Below are positions 31,880-40,925 of a DNA stretch of 64,000 nt, in pieces (the first letter of the stretch is position 1; each line of letters starts with the position of its first letter). Position numbers and translations under genes: made by a program. Source of the DNA: Lysobacterales bacterium (GTDB lineage Bacteria > Pseudomonadota > Gammaproteobacteria > Xanthomonadales > SZUA-5); NCBI GenBank assembly GCA_022844165.1, contig JALHMH010000001.1:224001-288000 (forward strand), in the 5' to 3' direction. Under the pieces are notes generated by a model. It worked only from the letters and a program-made list of their open reading frames with translations. It searched no databases and was not told where the DNA came from.

Positions 31880-31926
31880 AAAAAGAGACACCCAGTTTTC
31901 GAAGCGCGCGAGCAGTGGTGGTGGCA
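31880..31926 (-). repeat. Copy 3 (terminus only)
   Basis: aaaaagagacacccagttttcgaagcgcgcgagcagtggtggtggca. Confidence 0.88.
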
Positions 31927-32079
31927 AAAAAAGAGACACCCAGTTTTCGGAGCGCGCAAGCAGTGGTGGTGGCATCCAGGGCTACGGATGTCGAAATCGC
32001 TGTTCGGAGGAAGGAGTTTCTTGAGCGCGCACGCAACGCCCCCAGACGCCAGCGGCGCCAAGAATCCCATGTGAGTCTC

Positions 32080-33066
32080 TCAGCCGGTCACGAGGCTCCG
32101 GGCGTAGCCGATGCCTTTGAGCCATTTCCGCTTCCACTCTGCGGCTTTGGCTTCGAGCGCTTCCACGCTCGCAACGAAGCGCCAGTAACCTGAGCCGACG
32201 CCTTTGACATGCGCGGTCCAGTAGTTGGTGTCGAGTCCGAGTTTGCTTAACGCCGTCGGCTCACGCTCATCGATCTTGCCGCGTTTGCCGGGCCTGAGTT
32301 GGCGGCCGGTGTAGTCCACCAGCTCAATGTACTGGCGATTGCTCATCGCCAGTCTGGCGAACGCTTGGTCTTTCAACATATCGAATCCAAGCCGAACGCC
32401 GGCAATGGGTTGGATTGGTTCATCCGCTTTGCTGGGATCTTTGCGCAGTTCCTCGGCACGCACCTGCACGCTGGTGTGATCGCTGCTCTCGATGCTGTCG
32501 GCAATCCCTGCTCGAACCGGATTGAGGTCCACGTACGCCATCGCCGCGGCGAGCGCGGCTTCGTCGTCAAGCAACTGAGATTTGAATCGGCCTTCCCAGA
32601 AGCGCCCCGTCACGTCATCTTCTGCGTTCGCCTTGCGCGCGATGTGCTCGTCAAGACAGCGCATAAACCACGAAAGATCCGTGAGCCGATCGCGGCGAGC
32701 CTTAAGTGCAGCTTTGTCAGCGCACAGCGCTGCGATTTTCGCCGTGTTCTGTTCCGCCTCACGCGCCGGGAACAATTGCACCCAACGCCGGGCAATTTCC
32801 TCATCAGACCAATTGCGCGCGGCGGTCGGTTCAATCGACAGCACCACGTGCAGGTGGTTGCTCATCACGGCGTAGCTGTAAACATAGACCGCAAAAATCC
32901 CAGCCAATTGCACAATACGCGAGGCGATCATTGGCTTGCGGTGCTCGTAGTCCACGCCCGTGATCGGATCAATGCCGCACAGCCACGCGCGTCGCACACA
33001 TCGTGCAACGCAGTGATAGAAGGCTTGCTGGCCTTCGGCGACCGTGAGGTGGCGAGCTTGAGTCAT
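32080..33066 (-). CDS. HUH/Y1 tyrosine transposase (IS200/RAYT-like superfamily)
   Basis: YHCVARCVRRAWLCG, YAVMSNHLHVVL (HUH), GRFWEGRFKS, YVDLNPVRAG (catalytic Tyr). Confidence 0.92.
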   Translation of the reverse strand: MTQARHLTVAEGQQAFYHCVARCVRRAWLCGIDPITGVDYEHRKPMIASRIVQLAGIFAVYVYSYAVMSNHLHVVLSIEPTAARNWSDEEIARRWVQLFPAREAEQNTAKIAALCADKAALKARRDRLTDLSWFMRCLDEHIARKANAEDDVTGRFWEGRFKSQLLDDEAALAAAMAYVDLNPVRAGIADSIESSDHTSVQVRAEELRKDPSKADEPIQPIAGVRLGFDMLKDQAFARLAMSNRQYIELVDYTGRQLRPGKRGKIDEREPTALSKLGLDTNYWTAHVKGVGSGYWRFVASVEALEAKAAEWKRKWLKGIGYARSLVTG

Positions 33067-33252
33067 GCGGCGATCATTGCGATGACCGCTGAGCTTGTCT
33101 GTAGGGCGTACGCTGAAAGTGGTGTCGGAATTTTCTGACAGCGAAGGAGTGCCGGCAATGTCTGGCTGGCTCGTCTGCTTTGCTGGGCTTGCCGCGCGGT
33201 TCTTCGGCACGCAATCTTGTCATGCCGAGTTGGCGAGTCGGCGCGCCCTTGC

Positions 33253-33282
33253 TTGACACATCCAGAATAATCCTCGCATTAT
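33253..33282 (+). promoter_or_regulatory. Sigma70-type promoter for tRNA-Asn
   Basis: TTGACA-18 nt-CATTAT, followed by a GC-rich discriminator. Confidence 0.6.
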
Positions 33283-33296
33283 TGCGGGCTCACCGT

Positions 33297-33371
<75 letters not shown>

Positions 33372-33380
33372 AGCATCGTC

Positions 33381-33407
33381 AGGCTCGCCCATCGAGGCGG
33401 GCTTTTT
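33381..33407 (+). terminator. Terminator after tRNA-Asn
   Basis: gctcgcc-catcga-ggcgggc followed by a T run. Confidence 0.7.
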
Positions 33408-33424
33408 CGTTTTTGGGGGCTGGC

Positions 33425-34585
33425 ATGCGTCGCGTGTTGTTTTCGATGTCGCTACTTCTCTTGAGCGTTGAGATTGCAGCCAATACATTGCGTTTAGCTG
33501 ATCCGGCATTCTTGGCAACCATCCGCGACGATGAACCGACTCTGCCGCGCGGTATGACGGCTTTCGAGCAGAGCGTTTGGCGCGTACCTGATCTCTCACG
33601 CATGCCATTCGCGCCGCCCAGCGGCGTGGTTGATACGCCCTCTGAATTTGAGCGCAACGCCGGTTTGATGATTCGCTGGGGTTCGCAGAATGCGCTGCTG
33701 ACCAGCATGGCCGTTGCTATCACAACCGGCGAGCCAAATTTCACCTTGTACGTCGTCGTTTCGGCTGGCTTGCAGGCCTCAGCCCAATCGACTTTGACTG
33801 GAGCCGGCGCGAATATGGCTCAGGTGCAATTTGTGGTCGCCAACTCCAATTCGGTTTGGATACGGGACTACGGCCCCCGTTTCATCGACGACAACGGACG
33901 CCGCGCAATTGTTGACCACATCTACAATCGGCCTCGGCCTCTGGATGATGCGATTCCGGGCGTCTTCGCAACCATACTTGGTGAGACCAGGTACGAGTTG
34001 CCGCTGAGCCATGGCGGCGGCAATTTCCATTTGTTCGATGACAGCAGCGCTTATATGACTTCGCTGATTGTCAACGAGAATCCGGGGTCGACGGCGCAGT
34101 CGGTGCGGGATGCTTTTCTCGCATACCAGGGTTTGAACCTGACCATCACAGATCCCATGCCGGCAAGTTTCGACTCGACGCAGCATATCGATATGTGGAT
34201 GCTGCCTGCGGACGACGGCCGGGTGATCGTCAACGAGTACCCCAATACCGGAGGCGTCTACGCAACGCCTCGTCAGGTGACCGAGGCAGTGGCGACGCAG
34301 TTGTCGAATGCTGGCAAGACGGTGTTGCGTTTGGGCGGATTCAGCGTCAGTGGTGTGCACTACACCTATGCGAACGCGGTTATTCTCAACAGCACCGTTC
34401 TGGCATGCCAATTCAATGGCTATCCGAATGAGAATCAGAATGCGATTGCGGTGTTCCAGCAGGCATTCCCAACACGCGCAATCGTGCCAATCGATTGCAG
34501 CGGCATTATCAGTTTGGCCGGCGCGATACACTGCATCGTGATGCACGTGCCAGCTGTGCTGTTGCGCAATAGTTTCGAGTCATGA
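33425..34585 (+). CDS. Secreted agmatine/peptidylarginine deiminase family protein
   Basis: WIRDYGP, HGGGN, HIDM, GAIHC catalytic motifs; signal peptide. Confidence 0.9.
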   Translation: MRRVLFSMSLLLLSVEIAANTLRLADPAFLATIRDDEPTLPRGMTAFEQSVWRVPDLSRMPFAPPSGVVDTPSEFERNAGLMIRWGSQNALLTSMAVAITTGEPNFTLYVVVSAGLQASAQSTLTGAGANMAQVQFVVANSNSVWIRDYGPRFIDDNGRRAIVDHIYNRPRPLDDAIPGVFATILGETRYELPLSHGGGNFHLFDDSSAYMTSLIVNENPGSTAQSVRDAFLAYQGLNLTITDPMPASFDSTQHIDMWMLPADDGRVIVNEYPNTGGVYATPRQVTEAVATQLSNAGKTVLRLGGFSVSGVHYTYANAVILNSTVLACQFNGYPNENQNAIAVFQQAFPTRAIVPIDCSGIISLAGAIHCIVMHVPAVLLRNSFES

Positions 34586-34616
34586 AGCTGTCATTGAGGT
34601 CGGCAATGCTGATCCC

Positions 34617-35456
34617 ATGGCGCTGCTTCCCTACCTGATCTGGCCAGGACTGCTGGCACTTTGCTGCCTCGGCACCGCATTTGGAATTGCGGTCGAACGG
34701 CCGTTGCTTGGATTCAATCTAAGTTATCTGTTCCTGGCTGGTACCTTGTTTGTCCTTGAGCGGACGATGCCGTTCGAGCGGTCGTGGTTGCGAGACGATG
34801 GTCAAATGTGGCCCGACTTCCTGCACACGCTGATCAGCAAAGGCGGCGTACAGCTATGGGTATTGGGTTCGACGGCGATCGGTTTTGCGCAACACGCGGT
34901 ACCGGCGTACTGGTGGCCGAGCCATTGGCCAATGTGGTCGCAAGTGTTGCTGACGCTCGTCATCGCAGAATTCGGCCTCTATTGGGCGCACCGCTTGTCG
35001 CACGAATGGCCCGCCATTTGGCGCTTGCATGCCGTACACCACAGCGTGACGCGCCTGTGGTTTTGGAATACCGGGCGCTTCCACATCGGCAATGCCCTCA
35101 CCAGCATCGCGTTCAGCGCGCCCCTGTTGTGGCTGATCGGCGCCCCCGGCGAGTGCCTGACCTGGTTGTCGGCGTTCACCGCTTTCGTCGGAATGCTCAC
35201 CCACTGCAATGTCTCTTTGCGCTGCGGTTGGTTGAACTTTGTCTTCAATACACCCGAACTGCATCGATGGCATCATTCACGGGTGCTCGACGAGGGCAAT
35301 CGCAACTACGGTGAGAATTTGGTGCTCTGGGACCAGCTGTTTGGGACGTTCTATTGGCCGCGAGATCGACGCCCTCCGGCCGATATTGGAATTGCCGAAG
35401 AGATGCCGCAGAGTTTCGCTGGACAACTGTTGTTTCCGTTCCGCCGCGCCGAATGA
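34617..35456 (+). CDS. Sterol desaturase / fatty acid hydroxylase family protein
   Basis: His boxes HRLSH, HAVHH, HRWHH; TM segments. Confidence 0.9.
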   Translation: MALLPYLIWPGLLALCCLGTAFGIAVERPLLGFNLSYLFLAGTLFVLERTMPFERSWLRDDGQMWPDFLHTLISKGGVQLWVLGSTAIGFAQHAVPAYWWPSHWPMWSQVLLTLVIAEFGLYWAHRLSHEWPAIWRLHAVHHSVTRLWFWNTGRFHIGNALTSIAFSAPLLWLIGAPGECLTWLSAFTAFVGMLTHCNVSLRCGWLNFVFNTPELHRWHHSRVLDEGNRNYGENLVLWDQLFGTFYWPRDRRPPADIGIAEEMPQSFAGQLLFPFRRAE

Positions 35457-35935
35457 CGACTTTGCCTTTGGTTCTGTTGCTCGCGCTGGGAGCTGGTGGC
35501 GAAATTCACCGCTGCGTAGAAAGTGGCCGGGTCGTCTTTCAGGACAAGCCATGTGCCGGCAGTGCTGCACAAGGGCTCAAGACCCATAGCGACTCGGCGA
35601 AAGCTGAGCGCGAGCTGCGAATTTGGTTGGCGCAACAGCGGGCGCGGGCCGAGCCACCAAGTCCCTCCGCTGGGCGGAGTAGCGAATCGGTAACCGTCAG
35701 CGAAGCGCGACTGGCGGTCTGTTCTGAGCGTTTTCTGCATTGCGCCGGCAGCGATGAGTCAGCGATGGACGCCTGTGTCGCCACGTTACCACGCTGCGGG
35801 CCAAATGGTGGGGATTGTTGCCCCGCCGCTTGCATCAATCGTTATCAGGTCTTGCGTGCGGATGGACATGAGCGCGCCAGCGCTGTTCGTTTGGCGCTGC
35901 TCGATCCCAACGCCCCTGCGTGCGCCAGCCCCTGA
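35453..35935 (+). CDS. DUF4124-like exported protein with a Cys-rich C-terminus
   Basis: IHRCVESGRVVFQDKPC motif after a signal peptide; ATGA overlap. Confidence 0.75.
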   Translation: MTTLPLVLLLALGAGGEIHRCVESGRVVFQDKPCAGSAAQGLKTHSDSAKAERELRIWLAQQRARAEPPSPSAGRSSESVTVSEARLAVCSERFLHCAGSDESAMDACVATLPRCGPNGGDCCPAACINRYQVLRADGHERASAVRLALLDPNAPACASP

Positions 35936-36019
35936 GCGCGACTTAAGCCCCCTTCCGCGCACCGCGTCGTTTCTTCGCCTGCGCCGTCATCACGTCAAAC
36001 CGTGGGCCATGCGCTCCGG

Positions 36020-36883
36020 TCAAGCCGCCTGAGGTTGCTTCTGCAGGATTCCGAGCATGGCCGCCAGCTTTTCGCGAAGCTCACGTCGGTCGACGATGGC
36101 ATCGATCGCTCCCTTTTCGACCAAGAACTCGCTTCGCTGAAATCCCTCCGGCAGTGTTTCGCGTACGGTTTGTTCGATGACTCGAGGGCCGGCGAAACCA
36201 ATGAGCGCTTGCGGTTCGGCGATGTTGAGATCCCCCAGCATCCCGAGACTGGCCGAGACACCGCCCGTTGTTGGGTGAGTCAGGACTGACACATAAGGAA
36301 CACCCGCACGCTTCATGCGAGCCAGCGCGGCACTGGTCTTGCTCATTTGCATGAGCGAAAACAAGCCCTCCTGCATCCGAGCGCCGCCGGTGGCCGAAAA
36401 TCCGACCAGCGGCACCCTTTCGTCAAGCGCTCGCTCGGCAGCTCTGGCGAACTTCTCGCCAACAACGGAGCCCATCGATCCACCCATAAACCCGAATTCG
36501 AAGGCGCATGTGATGATAGTTCGCGATTTGAGCAATCCACGAGCGCTGACCAGCGCATCTTTTTCGCCGGTCGCACGCTGCGACTGGATGAGGCGATCGC
36601 GATAGCGCTTGGCGTCCCTGAATTTGAGTGCATCGAACGGCGCCAGGTTTGTGTCGATTTCGGAGAATGTGCCGGGATCGAGGAACTCCTGCAAGCGTTT
36701 GCGAGCGGCTATCGGCATGTGGTGACTGCATTTCGGGCAGACCCGCAAATTTCGCTCCAGTTCCGGGCCATACAAAACGGCCTGACACGATGGACACTTC
36801 TCCCAAAGACCTTCGGGAACGTTCTTCTTTGCTGCGCCTTCGGTGCGAATACGCGAAGGCATGAGTTTGCTGAGCCAGGACAT
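36020..36883 (-). CDS. accD: Acetyl-CoA carboxylase carboxyltransferase beta subunit
   Basis: CxxC zinc finger, [29 protein letters not shown]. Confidence 0.98.
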   Translation of the reverse strand: MSWLSKLMPSRIRTEGAAKKNVPEGLWEKCPSCQAVLYGPELERNLRVCPKCSHHMPIAARKRLQEFLDPGTFSEIDTNLAPFDALKFRDAKRYRDRLIQSQRATGEKDALVSARGLLKSRTIITCAFEFGFMGGSMGSVVGEKFARAAERALDERVPLVGFSATGGARMQEGLFSLMQMSKTSAALARMKRAGVPYVSVLTHPTTGGVSASLGMLGDLNIAEPQALIGFAGPRVIEQTVRETLPEGFQRSEFLVEKGAIDAIVDRRELREKLAAMLGILQKQPQAA

Positions 36884-37381
36884 CGTGATCGCCGATCTGA
36901 ATTGAGGGTTGCCAATCGTGTCAGTGCATCAACAATCTTCGTCAAGCGCTGCCGAATGGATGGCGGCCGGCCGATCGCCAACCTCAGTTGTACGGATCTG
37001 GCTTCAGATCATCCAGCAGTCGGTTCGTCTCGGCCAACGAGATCTATTTCGCCGTTGTGTCAACTCACGATTGGCGACGGATTATGGCGCTGTTTTTTCA
37101 AAACGCCATTCTCAAGGATGCGATCGGGCTTCGACGCTCACCACAGACTGAGGCTCACTCAGGTCGCGACCATGCCTCTTCGGCCCGACTGATGCGTGGG
37201 CGCTGTGCGTAAAACTCGAACCGCAGCAAAAGCGAATGCGATCGCGAGGATGAGCCATGAGGGCAAAGTGCCTCGAACACACGCGAAGGACCATGTCGCA
37301 GGACTACTGGAACAGCTGGCGGGGTTGCCCCGCCAGCTTACCCGATCGGCAATCGGGGAGGGTCGATTGCCGACGAGTTCT

Positions 37382-37762
37382 TCAGCGCTTCGATGCGGCT
37401 TTCGGCGTCTTGGCGACTGCATCGTTGGCGGCTTCGACGGTACCTTTCAGCAAGTTGCCAAAAGCCTCGGTGGTTTTCACAACAACGCCAGACACTTCTT
37501 GCGACACGGCGTACAGCTGTTCGGCCGAATCTTTCAGCGCGCTGACGCTCTTCGGCCACACGGCGCGAGCGGTATCGAAATCGCGCACTTCGCTGGCCTG
37601 GCCAACAAAATCCGTGGCCGACTTCAGCCCCGTTTCAAGCGATTTCAGTTGAATATCGACGAGCTTCTCGAAGCCGTCGACGGCGATTGCATTGACCTTG
37701 ATGAAGGTCTCAGCGGCCTGCTTGGAGAGGGCCAGGACCTGATTGCTGGTTTGCTCGAACAT
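37382..37762 (-). CDS. Phasin family protein
   Basis: Ala-rich helical 126-aa protein with a phasin-like pattern; AGGAG RBS. Confidence 0.8.
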   Translation of the reverse strand: MFEQTSNQVLALSKQAAETFIKVNAIAVDGFEKLVDIQLKSLETGLKSATDFVGQASEVRDFDTARAVWPKSVSALKDSAEQLYAVSQEVSGVVVKTTEAFGNLLKGTVEAANDAVAKTPKAASKR

Positions 37763-37785
37763 GACTTGTCTCCTGATAACGACGA

Positions 37786-37829
37786 ATGGTGCGGTGCAGC
37801 ATAATTCCGAGAATGCTGCACTGCAACAT
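37786..37829. promoter_or_regulatory. Two TGC-rich palindromic boxes, putative PhaR operators
   Basis: ATGGTGCGGTGCAGCAT (37786-37802) and ATGCTGCACTGCAACAT (37813-37829) directly upstream of the phasin. Confidence 0.65.
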
Positions 37830-37880
37830 TTTTCCGGAAGTTATTCAGGCGGACTTTACAAGTCCGGATGATCCGCGTCG

Positions 37881-38453
37881 TCAGGTCGAAGGCATGGTTG
37901 TAAGCGATGTGCGCACTGCGGAGTCCGCGTTCGGGCCCAGCCAGATCGACAACAACACACGATTGAACTCGATGCCGGCGATATGCGCGCTGTCGCCGCC
38001 CTCAACCTCGATCTTGGCACCACCATCGGGCGTATAAAAAATCGTGATGCGTTTGCCGCGCTCCGCAGCGGGAAGGACGGCGAGAAACTTCTCGATCCGG
38101 GACGCTGTGCGTGCCAGCGTCTCTGCGTCGGTAGCGAGTTCGAACTGACGGCGGAAGTGCTCGACGACTTGATCCTTCGGTAGGGAATTGGCGTACCAGA
38201 TCAACGTGATCCGCATCGGAGTCAAGCCAGCTGCGAGATCTTCGTGTTTGGCTGCACCCATCGGTGCATGCAACGCCAGCCCATAAAAGGGAATAAAGCT
38301 GCGATGCACAATCGCGCTGCCAGAAAGCGGCCATGGCCGCGATTCGTCTGGCACACGAATCATAGGCTCGATCTCAGTTCCAGCATGGTTGAGCGCTAGC
38401 ATTTGCGCGGGAAACAGCGCGACAGCGAGACCCAGTAGCGCTGTTCTGATCAT
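37881..38453 (-). CDS. Chalcone isomerase-like exported protein
   Basis: Signal peptide; FNRVLLSIWLG motif. Confidence 0.75.
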   Translation of the reverse strand: MIRTALLGLAVALFPAQMLALNHAGTEIEPMIRVPDESRPWPLSGSAIVHRSFIPFYGLALHAPMGAAKHEDLAAGLTPMRITLIWYANSLPKDQVVEHFRRQFELATDAETLARTASRIEKFLAVLPAAERGKRITIFYTPDGGAKIEVEGGDSAHIAGIEFNRVLLSIWLGPNADSAVRTSLTTMPST

Positions 38454-38523
38454 GTGCGGTCCATGTAAAGTGGATAGGCTCATCATAGACCTGTCGCGGC
38501 GGAACAAGCTAAGTGCTGGGTCG

Positions 38524-38886
38524 CTATTTTCCGGGCCCGTTATAGCGGGAGCCCGCTGTACAGGTTTCATGCACGACGATCGACGAAAGTAAGGGCAGGC
38601 GAGGCTTCAGCTGTTCCCAGATCCACTGTGCCAGGCGCTCGCTCGTTGGGTTCTCAAGACCGGGCACATCGTTCAGGTAGTGGTGGTCCAACTGATCGAA
38701 CAGCGGCTGAAACGCCGCCTTGACGTCCGCAAAATCCATCACCCAACCTTCGGGCTCAATCAACTCGCCGGTCAAATGGACTTCGATGCGGAACGAATGC
38801 CCGTGCAAGCGCGAGCACTTGTGCATTGCCGGCAGATTCGGCAGCCGATGGGCCGCCTCGATGGTAAAGGCCTTAAAGATGTCCAC
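38524..38886 (-). CDS. queD: 6-carboxy-5,6,7,8-tetrahydropterin synthase
   Basis: [26 protein letters not shown]. Confidence 0.96.
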   Translation of the reverse strand: MDIFKAFTIEAAHRLPNLPAMHKCSRLHGHSFRIEVHLTGELIEPEGWVMDFADVKAAFQPLFDQLDHHYLNDVPGLENPTSERLAQWIWEQLKPRLPLLSSIVVHETCTAGSRYNGPGK

Positions 38887-38923
38887 GACGTGCAGATCGA
38901 GCGGAAAGAAAGTGACGCCGCTC

Positions 38924-39000
38924 TGGTGGCTATGGGTGGGCTCGAACCACCGACCTCAGCATTATGAGTGCCGCGCTCTGACCAGCTGAGCTACATAGCC
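38924..39000 (-). tRNA. tRNA-Met (CAT), elongator type
   Basis: Reverse complement GGCTATGTAGCTCAG...CTCATAA...CATAGCCACCA; paired G1-C72. Confidence 0.93.
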
Positions 39001-39537
39001 AACGTGCGAAGACCGCGGATCATGCCACAGCTGGTCCGCTGGCGAAAAGTACAGGCCATGTGCGTTCAGTGAATCGATAAAGTCGCGACATGGGTTAGAG
39101 AATTCACGGCCAGTCTTTGACGGAACCCCGGTCCACGTTTCTTGCAGAGCATCAAGCCATGATCGCTGTGGATAAACCGCTGTTGAGCGAAACGAATAAT
39201 GCTCGGCGGTCTGAGTCGAAGCCTCGCTGGTGTTGACGGAACTGGATCTCAAATGAGTCCAGTTTTCTTCGAAGCGGCTTTGGTTTTTGCAGCCCCATCA
39301 AGGGGGGGGCGAGGACCGGGGCTGACACGACGCAATGCATGTGTCGGGCCGAGCGCCCCGCGGCTGTGCCGTCGGGCCGGACATGCGAAGCGCGGGTTGT
39401 GGAAAGCACGCTGTCGAAGGAAGCCAACAGCGCTCGGCGATCTGAGGCGAAGCCTCATCAGATTTTCATTGAAGCGCTACGCCCGGCTGGCTAACATTGC
39501 GGGCGCCTATGGATGCCTCTTACCCATCAACCATCAC

Positions 39538-40029
39538 GTGAACCAGCCGATCAGCGAACTCAATACCGCGGGATCGATCGAAATCGTCGCGCGCCCCAAT
39601 CGTTCTTCATCAATTCCGACTTTAGTCTTGGTATTCTGCGCGCTGACGCTCGCCGTAACAGCGGTGGCTGTTTTTAGTTTTCGTCAGGGCAACGCTTTTG
39701 TGCCGTACTTCGCGTTGTTCGACATTTTGTTGGTTGGTGCGAGCTTGTGGTGGGTTTGGCGTCGGGGAGACGATTTCGACAGAGTCAGCATTGGCTTCTC
39801 AGCGCTAACGGTCGAACAACGTCGTCGCGGAAGATCGAGTTGCGCAGAGTACGCGACACCATGGGCGAGATTGTGGGCGGAACGGCAGGTACATCGCACC
39901 GCACTGCTCGTCGGCTCGCACGGCAGGGCGACAGAAATTGGCGAGTTTCTCGCAGACACGGAGCGCGAACAATTGTCGAGCTTGTTGCGGCAACGCTTGA
40001 CTGAAATGCGCGCCGGCGAACGAAAATGA
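39538..40029 (+). CDS. DUF2244-like membrane protein
   Basis: ARPNRS, two TM helices, EIGEFL...ER; upstream of the cox operon; start uncertain. Confidence 0.8.
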   Translation: MNQPISELNTAGSIEIVARPNRSSSIPTLVLVFCALTLAVTAVAVFSFRQGNAFVPYFALFDILLVGASLWWVWRRGDDFDRVSIGFSALTVEQRRRGRSSCAEYATPWARLWAERQVHRTALLVGSHGRATEIGEFLADTEREQLSSLLRQRLTEMRAGERK

Positions 40030-40895
40030 TGCAAAAGGAAGATATGGGCATGAGGAAGGCAAAGGGCGGGTTAGGAGTGGCGCTGATGGCGCTGTCGGTG
40101 TCGGCTTGGGCTGTACCCGAACGATGGCAACTGAACATGACGCCGGGCGTGACGGCAACCAGCCAAGACGTGTTCCAACTGCACATGCTGATATTGTGGA
40201 TTTGCGTAGCGATTGGCATCGTTGTGTTCGGCGCCATGTTCTACGCGATGATTAAATTCCGCAAATCCAAGGGCGCTGTCCCGGCCACGTGGAGCCACAA
40301 CACCACTGCCGAGATCATCTGGACCGTCATCCCGGTGCTGATCCTGTTGGGCATGGCATGGCCCGCAACACAAACCCTGGTTCGTATGGCCGACACCGGC
40401 GATGCCGATATGACGGTCAAGATCACCGGATATCAGTGGAAATGGCGTTACGAGTACCTGGGCGAGGACGTGAAATTCATGAGTTCGTTGTCGCGCGCAG
40501 CGGATGAGGCGCGGCAACTGGGATCGGGCATCGATCCCAACTCGGTCGAGAACTATCTCTTGGACGTTGATCGGCCCCTGGTAGTGCCAACGAACACAAA
40601 AATTCGTTTTGTGATCACGGCGGACGATGTCATTCACGCATGGTGGGTTCCGGCGCTTGGATGGAAGCAGGACGCAATTCCCGGCTTCATCAACGAAGCC
40701 TGGACCGAGATCGAAGAACCCGGTACTTACCGGGGGCAGTGCGCTGAATTGTGTGGGAAGGACCATGGCTTTATGCCAATCGTGGTCGTCGCGAAGCCGC
40801 GCGCAGAGTTCGATGCCTGGCTGGCAGAGCAAAAAGCGGCCAACGCGCCTGCGACTGACGCCGTAGTTCAAGCGCCGGCGCCCACCAAGAGCTGA
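40026..40895 (+). CDS. coxB: Cytochrome c oxidase subunit II
   Basis: GYQWKWRY, DVIHAW, CuA motif CAELCGKDHGFM. Confidence 0.97.
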   Translation: MMQKEDMGMRKAKGGLGVALMALSVSAWAVPERWQLNMTPGVTATSQDVFQLHMLILWICVAIGIVVFGAMFYAMIKFRKSKGAVPATWSHNTTAEIIWTVIPVLILLGMAWPATQTLVRMADTGDADMTVKITGYQWKWRYEYLGEDVKFMSSLSRAADEARQLGSGIDPNSVENYLLDVDRPLVVPTNTKIRFVITADDVIHAWWVPALGWKQDAIPGFINEAWTEIEEPGTYRGQCAELCGKDHGFMPIVVVAKPRAEFDAWLAEQKAANAPATDAVVQAPAPTKS

Positions 40896-40925
40896 TCGAT
40901 AGAGAATCTTAAAAGGCACGACTAA

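Noticed and set aside
31126-31990. CRISPR array
   Set aside because: Repeat units are long and variable and derive from the transposase end; there is no regular repeat-spacer period and no cas gene.
36884-37381. Possible ncRNA or small gene in the accD-phasin spacer
   Set aside because: No convincing ORF, RBS or recognisable RNA motif.
39167-39175. DnaA box (TTATCCACA on the minus strand)
   Set aside because: Single occurrence with no box cluster or AT-rich unwinding region; not an origin.
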